A stretch of DNA of 64,000 nucleotides from a virus. The position numbers and the translations under genes are program-made. Positions within the stretch are counted from its first letter, which is position 1, and every line of letters begins with the position of its first letter. Under the pieces are notes generated by a model. That model saw only the letters and a list, made by a program, of their open reading frames with translations, did no database searches and was not told where the DNA came from. The stretch lies in the IMG/VR virus record IMGVR_UViG_3300021354_000450, positions 77,322 to 141,321 of that record, one strand, 5' to 3'. Below, in pieces: positions 1-8,606 of the stretch.

Positions 1-2181
1 AGCTCAAAAGAAGGCGGAGGATTACGTGCAAAATACGAACCGGTTCTTGATAAACAAGGTCTTCCATTGTTAATTGATGGGTTACAGGTAATGCGAGAAT
101 TACCTACATCAAATTATGATCACGATATTGATAAAATCTTTTTAACTTTATTTGGAGATCGTATCGGTCCTAAACAGGCAGCCGCACTTTCACAAGACTT
201 TTGGTCGTTTACTGGTTTATTAAAAGTTATGAATCAAATTTTAAAACCTGAAGAAAAAGAACGAGTTGTTAAGAGTTTTATTTCAAAACTTTTCAACATA
301 GGCGCACAGTGTTTATATAAAGATGATCCTGATAGAGATTCAGTAGAAAAATCAGTTGCTGTAGATTTAATGCTCAAAACATTACAAGTTTCTGCTCCGG
401 ATTATTTAGATGAGTTAAAACAGGATTATATTACCGATGTTAAAACTCCTAAAGTTAAAAAAACTAAAAAGGTAACTGAAGCTGATGCTCCAAATTATAA
501 ACGTCAAGGTATTCAACATATCTACAATCCAGGATCAACTGTTGAAATGAAGAACTTGGACTTTATTGATATGTGTAAAGAAATTGCTGATAATGGCGGT
601 ACATTAGATGGTATGGCAATTAACTTAAAAGCAGACGGTGCTGGGATTCGCTTTGGAAAAGATGAAGCAGGCCGCCCGTTCTTTATGACTTCAAAAGTTA
701 CTGAACCAAAATATGTAGATAATATCGGTGATTTTGAAAGATTTGGTAAAGAATCAGGTCAACCACCAGATCGTTTAGAATTTACTAAAAAATACGATGC
801 TGCTATGAGTTTGATCTTACATAGTAACTTTATTAAAGTATTACCACCTGATACAATTGTACAAGCAGAAATGATGTATAATGATATGGCACAACAAACA
901 CCACAAGGATTAAAGTTTGTAAACATTCCATATGATCCTAAAAAATTAGGTAAATCAATGACACTTGTGCCGTTTATTTTTAAAAAATATAGCACTGGCG
1001 AGAATCTACCTGATGCAGATAAAATCAAAAAAATGCTGTTGTCAAAAAGCGATGCAAATATCAAAATGGTTAACAATCAACTTGAACAAAAAGGTGTTAA
1101 TGTTAGTAAGATAATTGCTCCTGTTGTAAACATGAAACCAGATCTTGTTGCTTCATTAACAGCTCGTACAAGAACTAATCCACTTAAAGACCAAGCAATT
1201 GAAATTCTTACAAAAGCAAGAAAAGAACTTTCGGATACAATTATAAGCAGTCCAAATATTGTAGGGAAAGACCAATTAGGTAGCCACATCGAAGGATTGG
1301 TGTTTAATTTACCAAGTGGAAGACTTGCTAAAGTTACAAGTCAGTTAATGAAAGATACAATGGCTTCAAAAAAAGTGCAACCTGCTCCAGCGAAAACAGA
1401 TGGTAAGACTGCTGTTGTTGCAATCGGAAGTTTTGTTGGACATATTGGCCATGAACAATTATTTAACTACACAATTAAAAAAGCAAATCAACTAAATGCT
1501 GTTCCATATTTGTTTATTGGCAATGCAGTAGGTAAAGCTGATCCTATTCCGGTAAATGTAAAAGTTCAAACTTGGCATAAACTTTATCCTGAGTATGCAA
1601 ATCATATTTCTGCTGTTACGCATGAAGGCGGAAACTTAATGCAAAAGATTAAACATGAATTAATCAATCCAATGCCAGGTCAACCACCTAAATATGATAA
1701 TATCATTATTATGGTCGGTGAAGATCAAGCAAATATGCCAATTGCACAAGCTTTAATGAAAGCTGTTAACAAATTCCAAGGGTATGAACATGTTAAAGTA
1801 AGTTTAGAAGTTACTCCGCGTGGTACAGGAATAAGCTTTTCAAAATTACGTGATATTTTAAAAGATCCAAGTGCAAGTACTGAACAACAATATGAAGTTT
1901 GGGCACAAGGATTTGATGAAAAGAAATTAGGTAAACCTTGGATTTTAAAATTAATGGAATTGACTAAACACGGAATGGGGATAACAAAACCTACTCCTGC
2001 TGTTACAACTCCTGATCCTATTGCTGAAGAAAATACTCGACTAGATTCTAAATGTTGGAAAGGTTATAAAAAACAAGGTACTAAAATGAAAGGTGATACT
2101 CGTGTTAATAATTGTGTTAAAGTTGGCGAAGCATGGGAATCGGAAATTGGAAAATTAATCAGGTTGCTTGAAAACAAATGA
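1..2181 (+). CDS. Multidomain protein (5' end outside window): ATP-dependent ligase-like nucleotidyltransferase domain plus HIGH-motif (cytidylyl/adenylyltransferase-like) domain
   Basis: Frame 1 is open from base 1. Ligase-superfamily motifs NLKADG (KxDG, nt 628), IVQAEM, HIEGLVF and LAKV; then GSFVGHIGH (HIGH, nt 1441) and GISFSKLR (ISSTxxR-like). Confidence 0.6.
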   Translation, partial: SSKEGGGLRAKYEPVLDKQGLPLLIDGLQVMRELPTSNYDHDIDKIFLTLFGDRIGPKQAAALSQDFWSFTGLLKVMNQILKPEEKERVVKSFISKLFNIGAQCLYKDDPDRDSVEKSVAVDLMLKTLQVSAPDYLDELKQDYITDVKTPKVKKTKKVTEADAPNYKRQGIQHIYNPGSTVEMKNLDFIDMCKEIADNGGTLDGMAINLKADGAGIRFGKDEAGRPFFMTSKVTEPKYVDNIGDFERFGKESGQPPDRLEFTKKYDAAMSLILHSNFIKVLPPDTIVQAEMMYNDMAQQTPQGLKFVNIPYDPKKLGKSMTLVPFIFKKYSTGENLPDADKIKKMLLSKSDANIKMVNNQLEQKGVNVSKIIAPVVNMKPDLVASLTARTRTNPLKDQAIEILTKARKELSDTIISSPNIVGKDQLGSHIEGLVFNLPSGRLAKVTSQLMKDTMASKKVQPAPAKTDGKTAVVAIGSFVGHIGHEQLFNYTIKKANQLNAVPYLFIGNAVGKADPIPVNVKVQTWHKLYPEYANHISAVTHEGGNLMQKIKHELINPMPGQPPKYDNIIIMVGEDQANMPIAQALMKAVNKFQGYEHVKVSLEVTPRGTGISFSKLRDILKDPSASTEQQYEVWAQGFDEKKLGKPWILKLMELTKHGMGITKPTPAVTTPDPIAEENTRLDSKCWKGYKKQGTKMKGDTRVNNCVKVGEAWESEIGKLIRLLENK

Positions 2182-2495
2182 GACAGTATAATATAACAAG
2201 TGAACATATTCCTCAAGATAGTTCAGATGATGCGTACCTTGCTCCAGATGATCCTTTACAAGAATTAAAAATTGTTCAATATCTTGCCGGATTAGGTGCA
2301 GAAGCACGTTTACAAGAGTATCGTGCAAAAAATGCACACAACAATGAAATAAATAAGGGAAGTAATGTTTCGTTAACTGGAAATGAAAAAGGTGAGTTAA
2401 TGAAGAAAAACAATATTAAACCAGGTACTGATGAATGGTTTAAACTTTGGTTTAGTAGACCATATCTCACAAATGAAAAGCCTGTAGGAAAATAA
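2178..2495 (+). CDS. Hypothetical phage protein
   Basis: ORF overlaps the upstream stop (ATGA coupling); 105 aa. Confidence 0.6.
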   Translation: MRQYNITSEHIPQDSSDDAYLAPDDPLQELKIVQYLAGLGAEARLQEYRAKNAHNNEINKGSNVSLTGNEKGELMKKNNIKPGTDEWFKLWFSRPYLTNEKPVGK

Positions 2496-2861
2496 ATGAG
2501 AGCAAGAGAATTTATAGAAGAAAGCAAACTTCGTAAAAGTGCAGTTTCAAGTATACCCGGTGCTCAACAGTATCCTGAATTAGATAATAGCAATCCTTAT
2601 CATTCTTATAGATTTGGGGTAGCAATGGCAGGGGCTCCTGACTTCATGGCAGATAAAGACGGTCCAACTGGACAACATTTGGTTACAATTGGATACACAA
2701 GTGCATGTGATGAAATTACAAATGCGGCGTCAAAACATTTAGGTTTTAAATCAAAAAAATTAACACCTAAAGATAGTACAGAAGTAGATACTACAGGTAA
2801 ACATAGTCCGGTTTCAAATTGGTTGAAACCTACAAAAAAAGAGAAGAGTAAAAAGAAATGA
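2496..2861 (+). CDS. Hypothetical protein, possible head-internal protein
   Basis: Abuts the upstream stop; N-terminus MRAREFIEE resembles a short Glu-terminated propeptide. Confidence 0.55.
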   Translation: MRAREFIEESKLRKSAVSSIPGAQQYPELDNSNPYHSYRFGVAMAGAPDFMADKDGPTGQHLVTIGYTSACDEITNAASKHLGFKSKKLTPKDSTEVDTTGKHSPVSNWLKPTKKEKSKKK

Positions 2862-3646
2862 AAAAACCAAACGTTTATTTAGACATGGATGGCGTATTAG
2901 CAGACTTTTTTACAGAGTATGCAAAACTTGCCGGAGTTGAAAGTGGAAACTATAGAGAAATTCCACCAGCAAAAACAGATCCTACATTAAACAAAATGAT
3001 AGGAACTGATTTCTTTGCTAGATTACCAAAATGTCCAGCGGCTGATCAAGTTGTTGGTATGTCGGTTAAGTTATTTGGCAAATACTATATTTGTTCAAGT
3101 CCTTTACGAGGCGATCATGAAGGTTCAGAAAAATGGAAAAAAGTTTGGATTAAACAACACTTAAATCCACAACCTGCTGAAGTTATCATTACTCCAAACA
3201 AAGCAAAATATGCAAAACAACCAGATGGTACTCCTAACATCTTAATCGATGATAGAGGAAGTAACATCAGTGCTTGGGAAAATGCAGGTGGTATTGGTAT
3301 TAAATATCAAGCAGATGAAGATAGTTTACAAGTAATTGTTGATGGATTTGCTCGTGCAAGAAAAATCCTTAAAGGTCAAGAAGAACACAAACCACAACAG
3401 TTAAAAAGTTTAGACCGTAGTTCTGGTAAACTTATTGCTAAAAGTGGTGACGAAGATGAACATCCTACTTCAGCTGCTGATTTAACAGTTAAAGAATCTG
3501 CAAGTGCTGGTGCAAGTGGTTCAGGCGGAATTGCGTCAAATTCAGCTACAGGCGGTTATGGTAATGGTTTTGTAAATGGCGGGCCAGGTGCAGAATCAAT
3601 TGCACAAAAAAAGAAAAAATCAAAACAAATTAAGAGGGTGTCATGA
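2858..3646 (+). CDS. HAD-superfamily 5'(3')-deoxyribonucleotidase-like protein with low-complexity tail
   Basis: HAD motif I YLDMDGVLADF, motif II SSP, motif IV ILIDDR; Gly/Ser/Ala-rich C-terminus. Confidence 0.8.
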   Translation: MKKPNVYLDMDGVLADFFTEYAKLAGVESGNYREIPPAKTDPTLNKMIGTDFFARLPKCPAADQVVGMSVKLFGKYYICSSPLRGDHEGSEKWKKVWIKQHLNPQPAEVIITPNKAKYAKQPDGTPNILIDDRGSNISAWENAGGIGIKYQADEDSLQVIVDGFARARKILKGQEEHKPQQLKSLDRSSGKLIAKSGDEDEHPTSAADLTVKESASAGASGSGGIASNSATGGYGNGFVNGGPGAESIAQKKKKSKQIKRVS

Positions 3647-4380
3647 ACGAAGGTAAAAAAGCAAAAACTGAACAACCAGATAATCGAAATTGGGTTGCAA
3701 AAAATGCAATAGCAACAACTAAAAGTGCTGCAGGTTATCAAAAAGATCGTAAAAAAGCCGATAAACGCGGTGAAACAAAATACAAAGAAAAGTATACCGA
3801 AAGTAATGAATACTCTGACGAAGTAGGTATGGTTAAAAGCAATTTACACACAATTATTCGTATGTGTAAAGAACTCGATGATCATATGATTAGTGATGAA
3901 AATTTACCAGAATGGGTTGAAGAAAAAGTTAGTCAAGCAAAAGCTATGATTGTTTCTGCAGGTGACTATATTATTAGTCAACACGAAATGGGAAATATTC
4001 AAAAAACAGATGAAGGATGGAAAGATGTTGCAAAAGGAGCCGGTCGAGGTTTGGCTGCTGCGGCAATTATCGGAGGTGCTTCTGGTATCGGAAGTCATTT
4101 AGATAAAACTCATCCAAGTCAATTTAAATCTAATAACACACGATATACAATTTCACATAATCCACAAGACGCACAAGGTCGTGATGCTCAAAAAACAATG
4201 TTAAATGGTAAACCATACCTAGTTTGGCATTGGAAAGGACAAGATTTTGCTTATGCATTACCAGTAAAAGAAGGATTTTGGACACACGATACATTAGCAG
4301 ATCAATTATTTGAACACGAACGCACATACGAAGAAGTGTTAGAAAATAAACTCAACAAACAACTCAAAAAATATTCTTAA
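3643..4380 (+). CDS. Hypothetical protein, possible head-internal protein
   Basis: Coupled ORF of 245 aa; modular, with a hydrophobic Gly/Ala segment after DE|GW. Confidence 0.55.
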   Translation: MNEGKKAKTEQPDNRNWVAKNAIATTKSAAGYQKDRKKADKRGETKYKEKYTESNEYSDEVGMVKSNLHTIIRMCKELDDHMISDENLPEWVEEKVSQAKAMIVSAGDYIISQHEMGNIQKTDEGWKDVAKGAGRGLAAAAIIGGASGIGSHLDKTHPSQFKSNNTRYTISHNPQDAQGRDAQKTMLNGKPYLVWHWKGQDFAYALPVKEGFWTHDTLADQLFEHERTYEEVLENKLNKQLKKYS

Positions 4381-4386
4381 CCTATA

Positions 4387-4425
4387 TTGACATTGTATTA
4401 TTGAGATATTATAATACAATGTCAA
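4387..4425 (+). promoter_or_regulatory. Consensus sigma70 promoter embedded in a 15-bp inverted repeat
   Basis: TTGACA (4387-4392), 17 bp, TATAAT (4410-4415); arms TTGACATTGTATTAT / ATAATACAATGTCAA. Confidence 0.85.
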
Positions 4426-4447
4426 CCTAACCTGAAGGAAAATAAAA

Positions 4448-4717
4448 ATGTCAAAAGTATTTGGTGCCCCAGAACAAGCAAAAATCCGTCAATTAATCTC
4501 AGAAGGCGTAACTGTCTTACAAGAAGTTCAAGATTTAAACGAAGGGTTAAATGATACGATTAAAGCTGTAGCAGAAGAACTCGAAGTAAAACCAAGCATT
4601 ATTAAAAAAGCAATTAAAGTTGCAATGAAAGGTGATTGGGATCGTGTATTTACAGAATTTGACGATTTAGAAACTATCGTTGAAATTAGCGGTCACGCTA
4701 TTCGTCCAGATGAATAA
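4448..4717 (+). CDS. Small dsDNA-binding protein (T4 DsbA / GapR-like)
   Basis: 89 aa, helical, with the pattern EVQDLNEGLNDTIKAVAEELEVKPSIIKKAIK; AAGGA SD; lies directly upstream of the DNA polymerase. Confidence 0.55.
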   Translation: MSKVFGAPEQAKIRQLISEGVTVLQEVQDLNEGLNDTIKAVAEELEVKPSIIKKAIKVAMKGDWDRVFTEFDDLETIVEISGHAIRPDE

Positions 4718-4743
4718 CAAGTTTTAAAGCAATACAAAAATTA

Positions 4744-4802
4744 AAGGTCCGGCGAGCCATAAATCGCAACTTAGAAGGTCAGTGAGCCATAAATCACGAG
4801 GA
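4744..4802 (+). promoter_or_regulatory. Two tandem RNA hairpins with identical 8-nt loops, next to the polymerase RBS (putative translational operator)
   Basis: GCGA-GCCATAAA-TCGC (4752-4767) and GTGA-GCCATAAA-TCAC (4782-4797), each preceded by AAGGTC; SD GAGGA at 4798-4802. Confidence 0.65.
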
Positions 4803-4807
4803 TAAAA

Positions 4808-7654
4808 ATGAGTTATGTAGATGCCATCTGGAACCGTGACGAGGATATCGTCCGTGTTGTTGAAAGAGATCCAGTTAAGGGTCGAACCTATCAAGAATTT
4901 CCCGCAAAGTATATGTTTTATTACCCTGATCAAAAGGGTAAGTATAGATCAATCTATGACGATTCTTTAAGTAAAGTTGTCTGTAAAAACTGGAAAGACT
5001 TTATTAAAGAACAAAAGATTCATAGTACACACAAGTTATTTGAATCAGATATTAATCCAGTATTTCGATGTTTAGAAGACAATTATCTTAATCAAGAAGC
5101 TCCAAAACTAAATGTAGCGTTTTGGGATATCGAGGTTGACATGCAACCATTTGCTGTTTCAGGACAACACCTGGTAAAGATTCGAAAAATAAAAACAGTA
5201 GTGGATGAAAAAGAAATAACAGTATTTAAATTAAATGAATTACCAAATAAAGAAGAGTATCAAGTATGGGATGATATTAAAAAGGAATGGGTTGATATTT
5301 ACGGATGTAGATATTTAGAAGCAGGACCTGGCTATGCAAGTCCAGAAGATGCATTTATGCCTATTACTGCAATTGCTGTACACCTACAATGGTTAGATAT
5401 GCTGGTGTGTTTAGCTGTTCCACCTAAAACTCTTAAAATGGAACAAGCACAAGAATTAATTAAAGATATTCCGAATACTTTTCTATTCGACACAGAAGCA
5501 GAAATGTTAGAAACATTTTTAAATTTAATTGAAGATGCTGATGTACTAAGTGGGTGGAATAGTGAAGGCTTTGATATGCCGTATACTGTTAATCGTGTAA
5601 TAAAAACTCTAAGTAAAGAAGATACTAGACGTTTTTGTTTGTTTGACCAATTTCCAAAGAAACGTGAATACGAAAAATACGGAAAGAAAGCAAGTACATA
5701 TGATCTTGTCGGTCGCGTACATCTTGATAGTCTTGAACTTTATAGAAAATATACCTACGAAGAAAGACACACTTATCGATTAGATGCAATTGGTGAGATG
5801 GAAGTCGGTGAAACTAAAACTGTTTATGAAGGTACACTTGATCAATTATACAATAATGATTTTCGTACATTTATTCTTTATAATAGACAAGATACCGCAC
5901 TATTAGACAAGTTAGATAAAAAACTTAAATTTATTGACCTTGCTAATACAATTGCACATGAAAATGCAGTTTTGATTGCAACAACTATGGGTGCAGTTGC
6001 AGTAACAGAACAAGCAATTATAATTGAATCACATTCAAAAGGTTTAATTGTTCCAAGTCGTCCAAGAAAAGATGATACTGCTGATAATCAAGCAGCAGGT
6101 GCTTATGTTGCTTATCCAAAAAAAGGATTGCATGATTGGATAGGGTCAATGGATATAAACTCTCTATATCCGAGTGCTATTCGTGCATTAAACATGGGTC
6201 CAGAAACTATTATTGGTCAACTAAGACAAGATTATTCAAAAGAAGAAATTGCTACCAAGATGGCAAAGAATGGCGGTAAGTTTGCATTAGCGTGGGAAGG
6301 AAAGTTTGGCAGTAATGAATATGAATTTGTTATGGCAAAAGATAAATCACATGATATAATTGTTGATTGGGAAAACGGATCAACTGATGTACTAAGTGGT
6401 GCTCAAATCTACGAAATGATTTTTAATAGCAATCAACCTTGGATATTAAGTGCAAACGGTACAATCTTTACTTATGAAAAAGAAGGTATTATTCCAGGTT
6501 TGTTAAAAAGATGGTATTCCGAACGTAAGTCCCTTCAAGCAAAACTTAAAGATGCAATTAAAGCAGAAAACGAAGTTGAAGAAGAATATTGGGATAAACG
6601 ACAATTGGTAAAAAAGATTTTGCTAAACAGTTTATACGGTGCTATTTTAAATTCAGGATGTAGATTCTTTGATAAACGGATCGGTCAATCAACTACATTA
6701 ACTGGTAGACGTATCGCTCGTCATATGGCTGCAAAAGTAAATGAATATGTTGCAGGCGAATACGATTATATTGGAAAAAGTATTATATACGGTGATACTG
6801 ACTCTGTTTATTTTAGTGCATGGCCAATTTTAAAACATGATATCCAAAAAGGACTTATTCCTTGGAACAAAGATACAGTTGTTCAATTATATGATCAAAT
6901 TTCTGATGAAGTTAATGCTACATTTCCAAAGTTTATGCTTGATGATTTTCATGTGCCAAAATCACGTGGTGAAGTAATTAAAGCAGGACGAGAAATTGTT
7001 GCTATCAAAGGTTTGTTTATTACTAAGAAAAGATATGCTGTATTATATTTTGATAAAGATGGTAAGAGACAAGACCAAGACGGAAAACCTGGAAAGATCA
7101 AAGCAATGGGTTTAGATTTAAAACGATCAGATACTCCAGAATTTATGCAAAACTTTTTGAGTGAAGTATTAGAAAAAGTTTTAAATGGTGCAGAAGAACC
7201 GGAAATTTTAGAAATGATTTGTAATTTTAGAACTGAATTTAAAGCAAGACCTGGCTGGGAAAAAGGTAGTCCAAAACGTGCCAATAAAATAACTGATTAT
7301 CAAGCTAAAGAAAAGAAACAAGGTAAGGCAAATATGCCGGGTCATGTTCGTGCAAGTATTAATTGGAATACTTTAAAAACAATGCATGGTGACAAATATA
7401 GTCAACAAATTGTCGATGGTATGAAAGTTATTGTTTGTAAGATTAAAGACAATCCACTCGGTTTTACAAGTGTTGCTTATCCAGTTGACGAATTAAGATT
7501 ACCTAAATGGTTTCAAGAATTACCATTTAATCATAGTGAAATGGAAACTGCAATTATTAATAACAAGTTAGACAATTTAATCGGTGTACTTGATTGGGAT
7601 TTAAGTTCAACAACACAAGATAATAACTTTAACAGTTTATTTTCATTCAATTAA
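4808..7654 (+). CDS. Family B DNA polymerase (T4 gp43-like)
   Basis: ExoI DIE, ExoII WNSEGFD, ExoIII YNRQD, region A DINSLYPS, region B KKILLNSLYG, region C YGDTDS, KKRY. Confidence 0.97.
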   Translation: MSYVDAIWNRDEDIVRVVERDPVKGRTYQEFPAKYMFYYPDQKGKYRSIYDDSLSKVVCKNWKDFIKEQKIHSTHKLFESDINPVFRCLEDNYLNQEAPKLNVAFWDIEVDMQPFAVSGQHLVKIRKIKTVVDEKEITVFKLNELPNKEEYQVWDDIKKEWVDIYGCRYLEAGPGYASPEDAFMPITAIAVHLQWLDMLVCLAVPPKTLKMEQAQELIKDIPNTFLFDTEAEMLETFLNLIEDADVLSGWNSEGFDMPYTVNRVIKTLSKEDTRRFCLFDQFPKKREYEKYGKKASTYDLVGRVHLDSLELYRKYTYEERHTYRLDAIGEMEVGETKTVYEGTLDQLYNNDFRTFILYNRQDTALLDKLDKKLKFIDLANTIAHENAVLIATTMGAVAVTEQAIIIESHSKGLIVPSRPRKDDTADNQAAGAYVAYPKKGLHDWIGSMDINSLYPSAIRALNMGPETIIGQLRQDYSKEEIATKMAKNGGKFALAWEGKFGSNEYEFVMAKDKSHDIIVDWENGSTDVLSGAQIYEMIFNSNQPWILSANGTIFTYEKEGIIPGLLKRWYSERKSLQAKLKDAIKAENEVEEEYWDKRQLVKKILLNSLYGAILNSGCRFFDKRIGQSTTLTGRRIARHMAAKVNEYVAGEYDYIGKSIIYGDTDSVYFSAWPILKHDIQKGLIPWNKDTVVQLYDQISDEVNATFPKFMLDDFHVPKSRGEVIKAGREIVAIKGLFITKKRYAVLYFDKDGKRQDQDGKPGKIKAMGLDLKRSDTPEFMQNFLSEVLEKVLNGAEEPEILEMICNFRTEFKARPGWEKGSPKRANKITDYQAKEKKQGKANMPGHVRASINWNTLKTMHGDKYSQQIVDGMKVIVCKIKDNPLGFTSVAYPVDELRLPKWFQELPFNHSEMETAIINNKLDNLIGVLDWDLSSTTQDNNFNSLFSFN

Positions 7655-7657
7655 TGC

Positions 7658-7686
7658 TTGACCATAACTACTTTTGGTTGTATAAT
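7658..7686 (+). promoter_or_regulatory. Sigma70-type promoter
   Basis: TTGACC-N17-TATAAT. Confidence 0.7.
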
Positions 7687-7714
7687 AATAAAACATTTAA
7701 AAAAAGGAAAAATA

Positions 7715-8449
7715 ATGATTGATTTACTTAAAGACATTGTATCACACACTCATAACTTAGGTTTTTTAGATACTGTTAAAATTACAGGTGACGATGAATC
7801 AACTAAAGTTGATAGTATGGCTGCTGACCGTTCAGTAATTTTATATGGAGAAGTAAACTCACCCGTGCCAGAAATGAAAGGTATTTTTGGTATGCCACAA
7901 CTTAACAAATTAAAAATACATTTAGATTGTCCTGTTTATAAAGAAAATGCAAAACTTGAAATTGTTACAGCAGATCGTAATGGTGAAACAGTTCCAGTCG
8001 GTATTCATTTTGAAAATGATCTAGGTGATTTTAAAAACGATTATCGTTTTATGAACACCGACATTATTAATGAAAAACTAAAAACTGTAACATTTAGAGG
8101 TGTTACTTGGCATGTAGAAGTTAATCCTACAATTACTTCAATTCAAAGATTTACTTTTCAAGCAAATGCAAATAATGAACATCCAACATTCTTAACAAAA
8201 GTAGAAAATGGTAATCTAAAGTTTATATTTGGTGATCAATCAACACATGGTGGCGAGTTTGTATTTGCATCAAATGTTGTAGGTAATTTAACTAAAGCAT
8301 GGACTTGGCCGGTAAGTCAAGTATTGAGCATTTTAAAAATTGCTGATGCAAACAATGCAAAATTAAGTATTAGTAATGACGGTGCAATGCAAATTACTTT
8401 AGACAGCGGAATTGCAACTTACAAATACATTATTCCAGCTCAAGCATAA
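7715..8449 (+). CDS. Putative sliding clamp (gp45/PCNA-like)
   Basis: Start moved to ATG 7715 (AAGGA SD; the track start lies on the promoter). 244 aa, two-domain beta-rich pattern, directly after PolB. Function inferred from size and position. Confidence 0.5.
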   Translation: MIDLLKDIVSHTHNLGFLDTVKITGDDESTKVDSMAADRSVILYGEVNSPVPEMKGIFGMPQLNKLKIHLDCPVYKENAKLEIVTADRNGETVPVGIHFENDLGDFKNDYRFMNTDIINEKLKTVTFRGVTWHVEVNPTITSIQRFTFQANANNEHPTFLTKVENGNLKFIFGDQSTHGGEFVFASNVVGNLTKAWTWPVSQVLSILKIADANNAKLSISNDGAMQITLDSGIATYKYIIPAQA

Positions 8450-8606
8450 TGGGAAGTATAAATCCTACAAACAGGTTTTCTATCTTTTACGGAACAATTC
8501 CATATGTTCTATATATTTCACAGAACCTTGCCAATCCGTTTTAAGGAATATGAACTTTAGTAAGGTGACTCTGGCGGGTAATAAATAATGAAAAAAGGAA
8601 TAAAAT

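Noticed and set aside
4744-4797. Mini CRISPR array
   Set aside because: Only two short units with no spacer-length unique sequence and no cas genes in the window.
5141-5329. Intein in the DNA polymerase
   Set aside because: Too short, and lacks the N-terminal Cys/Ser and C-terminal His-Asn splice motifs.
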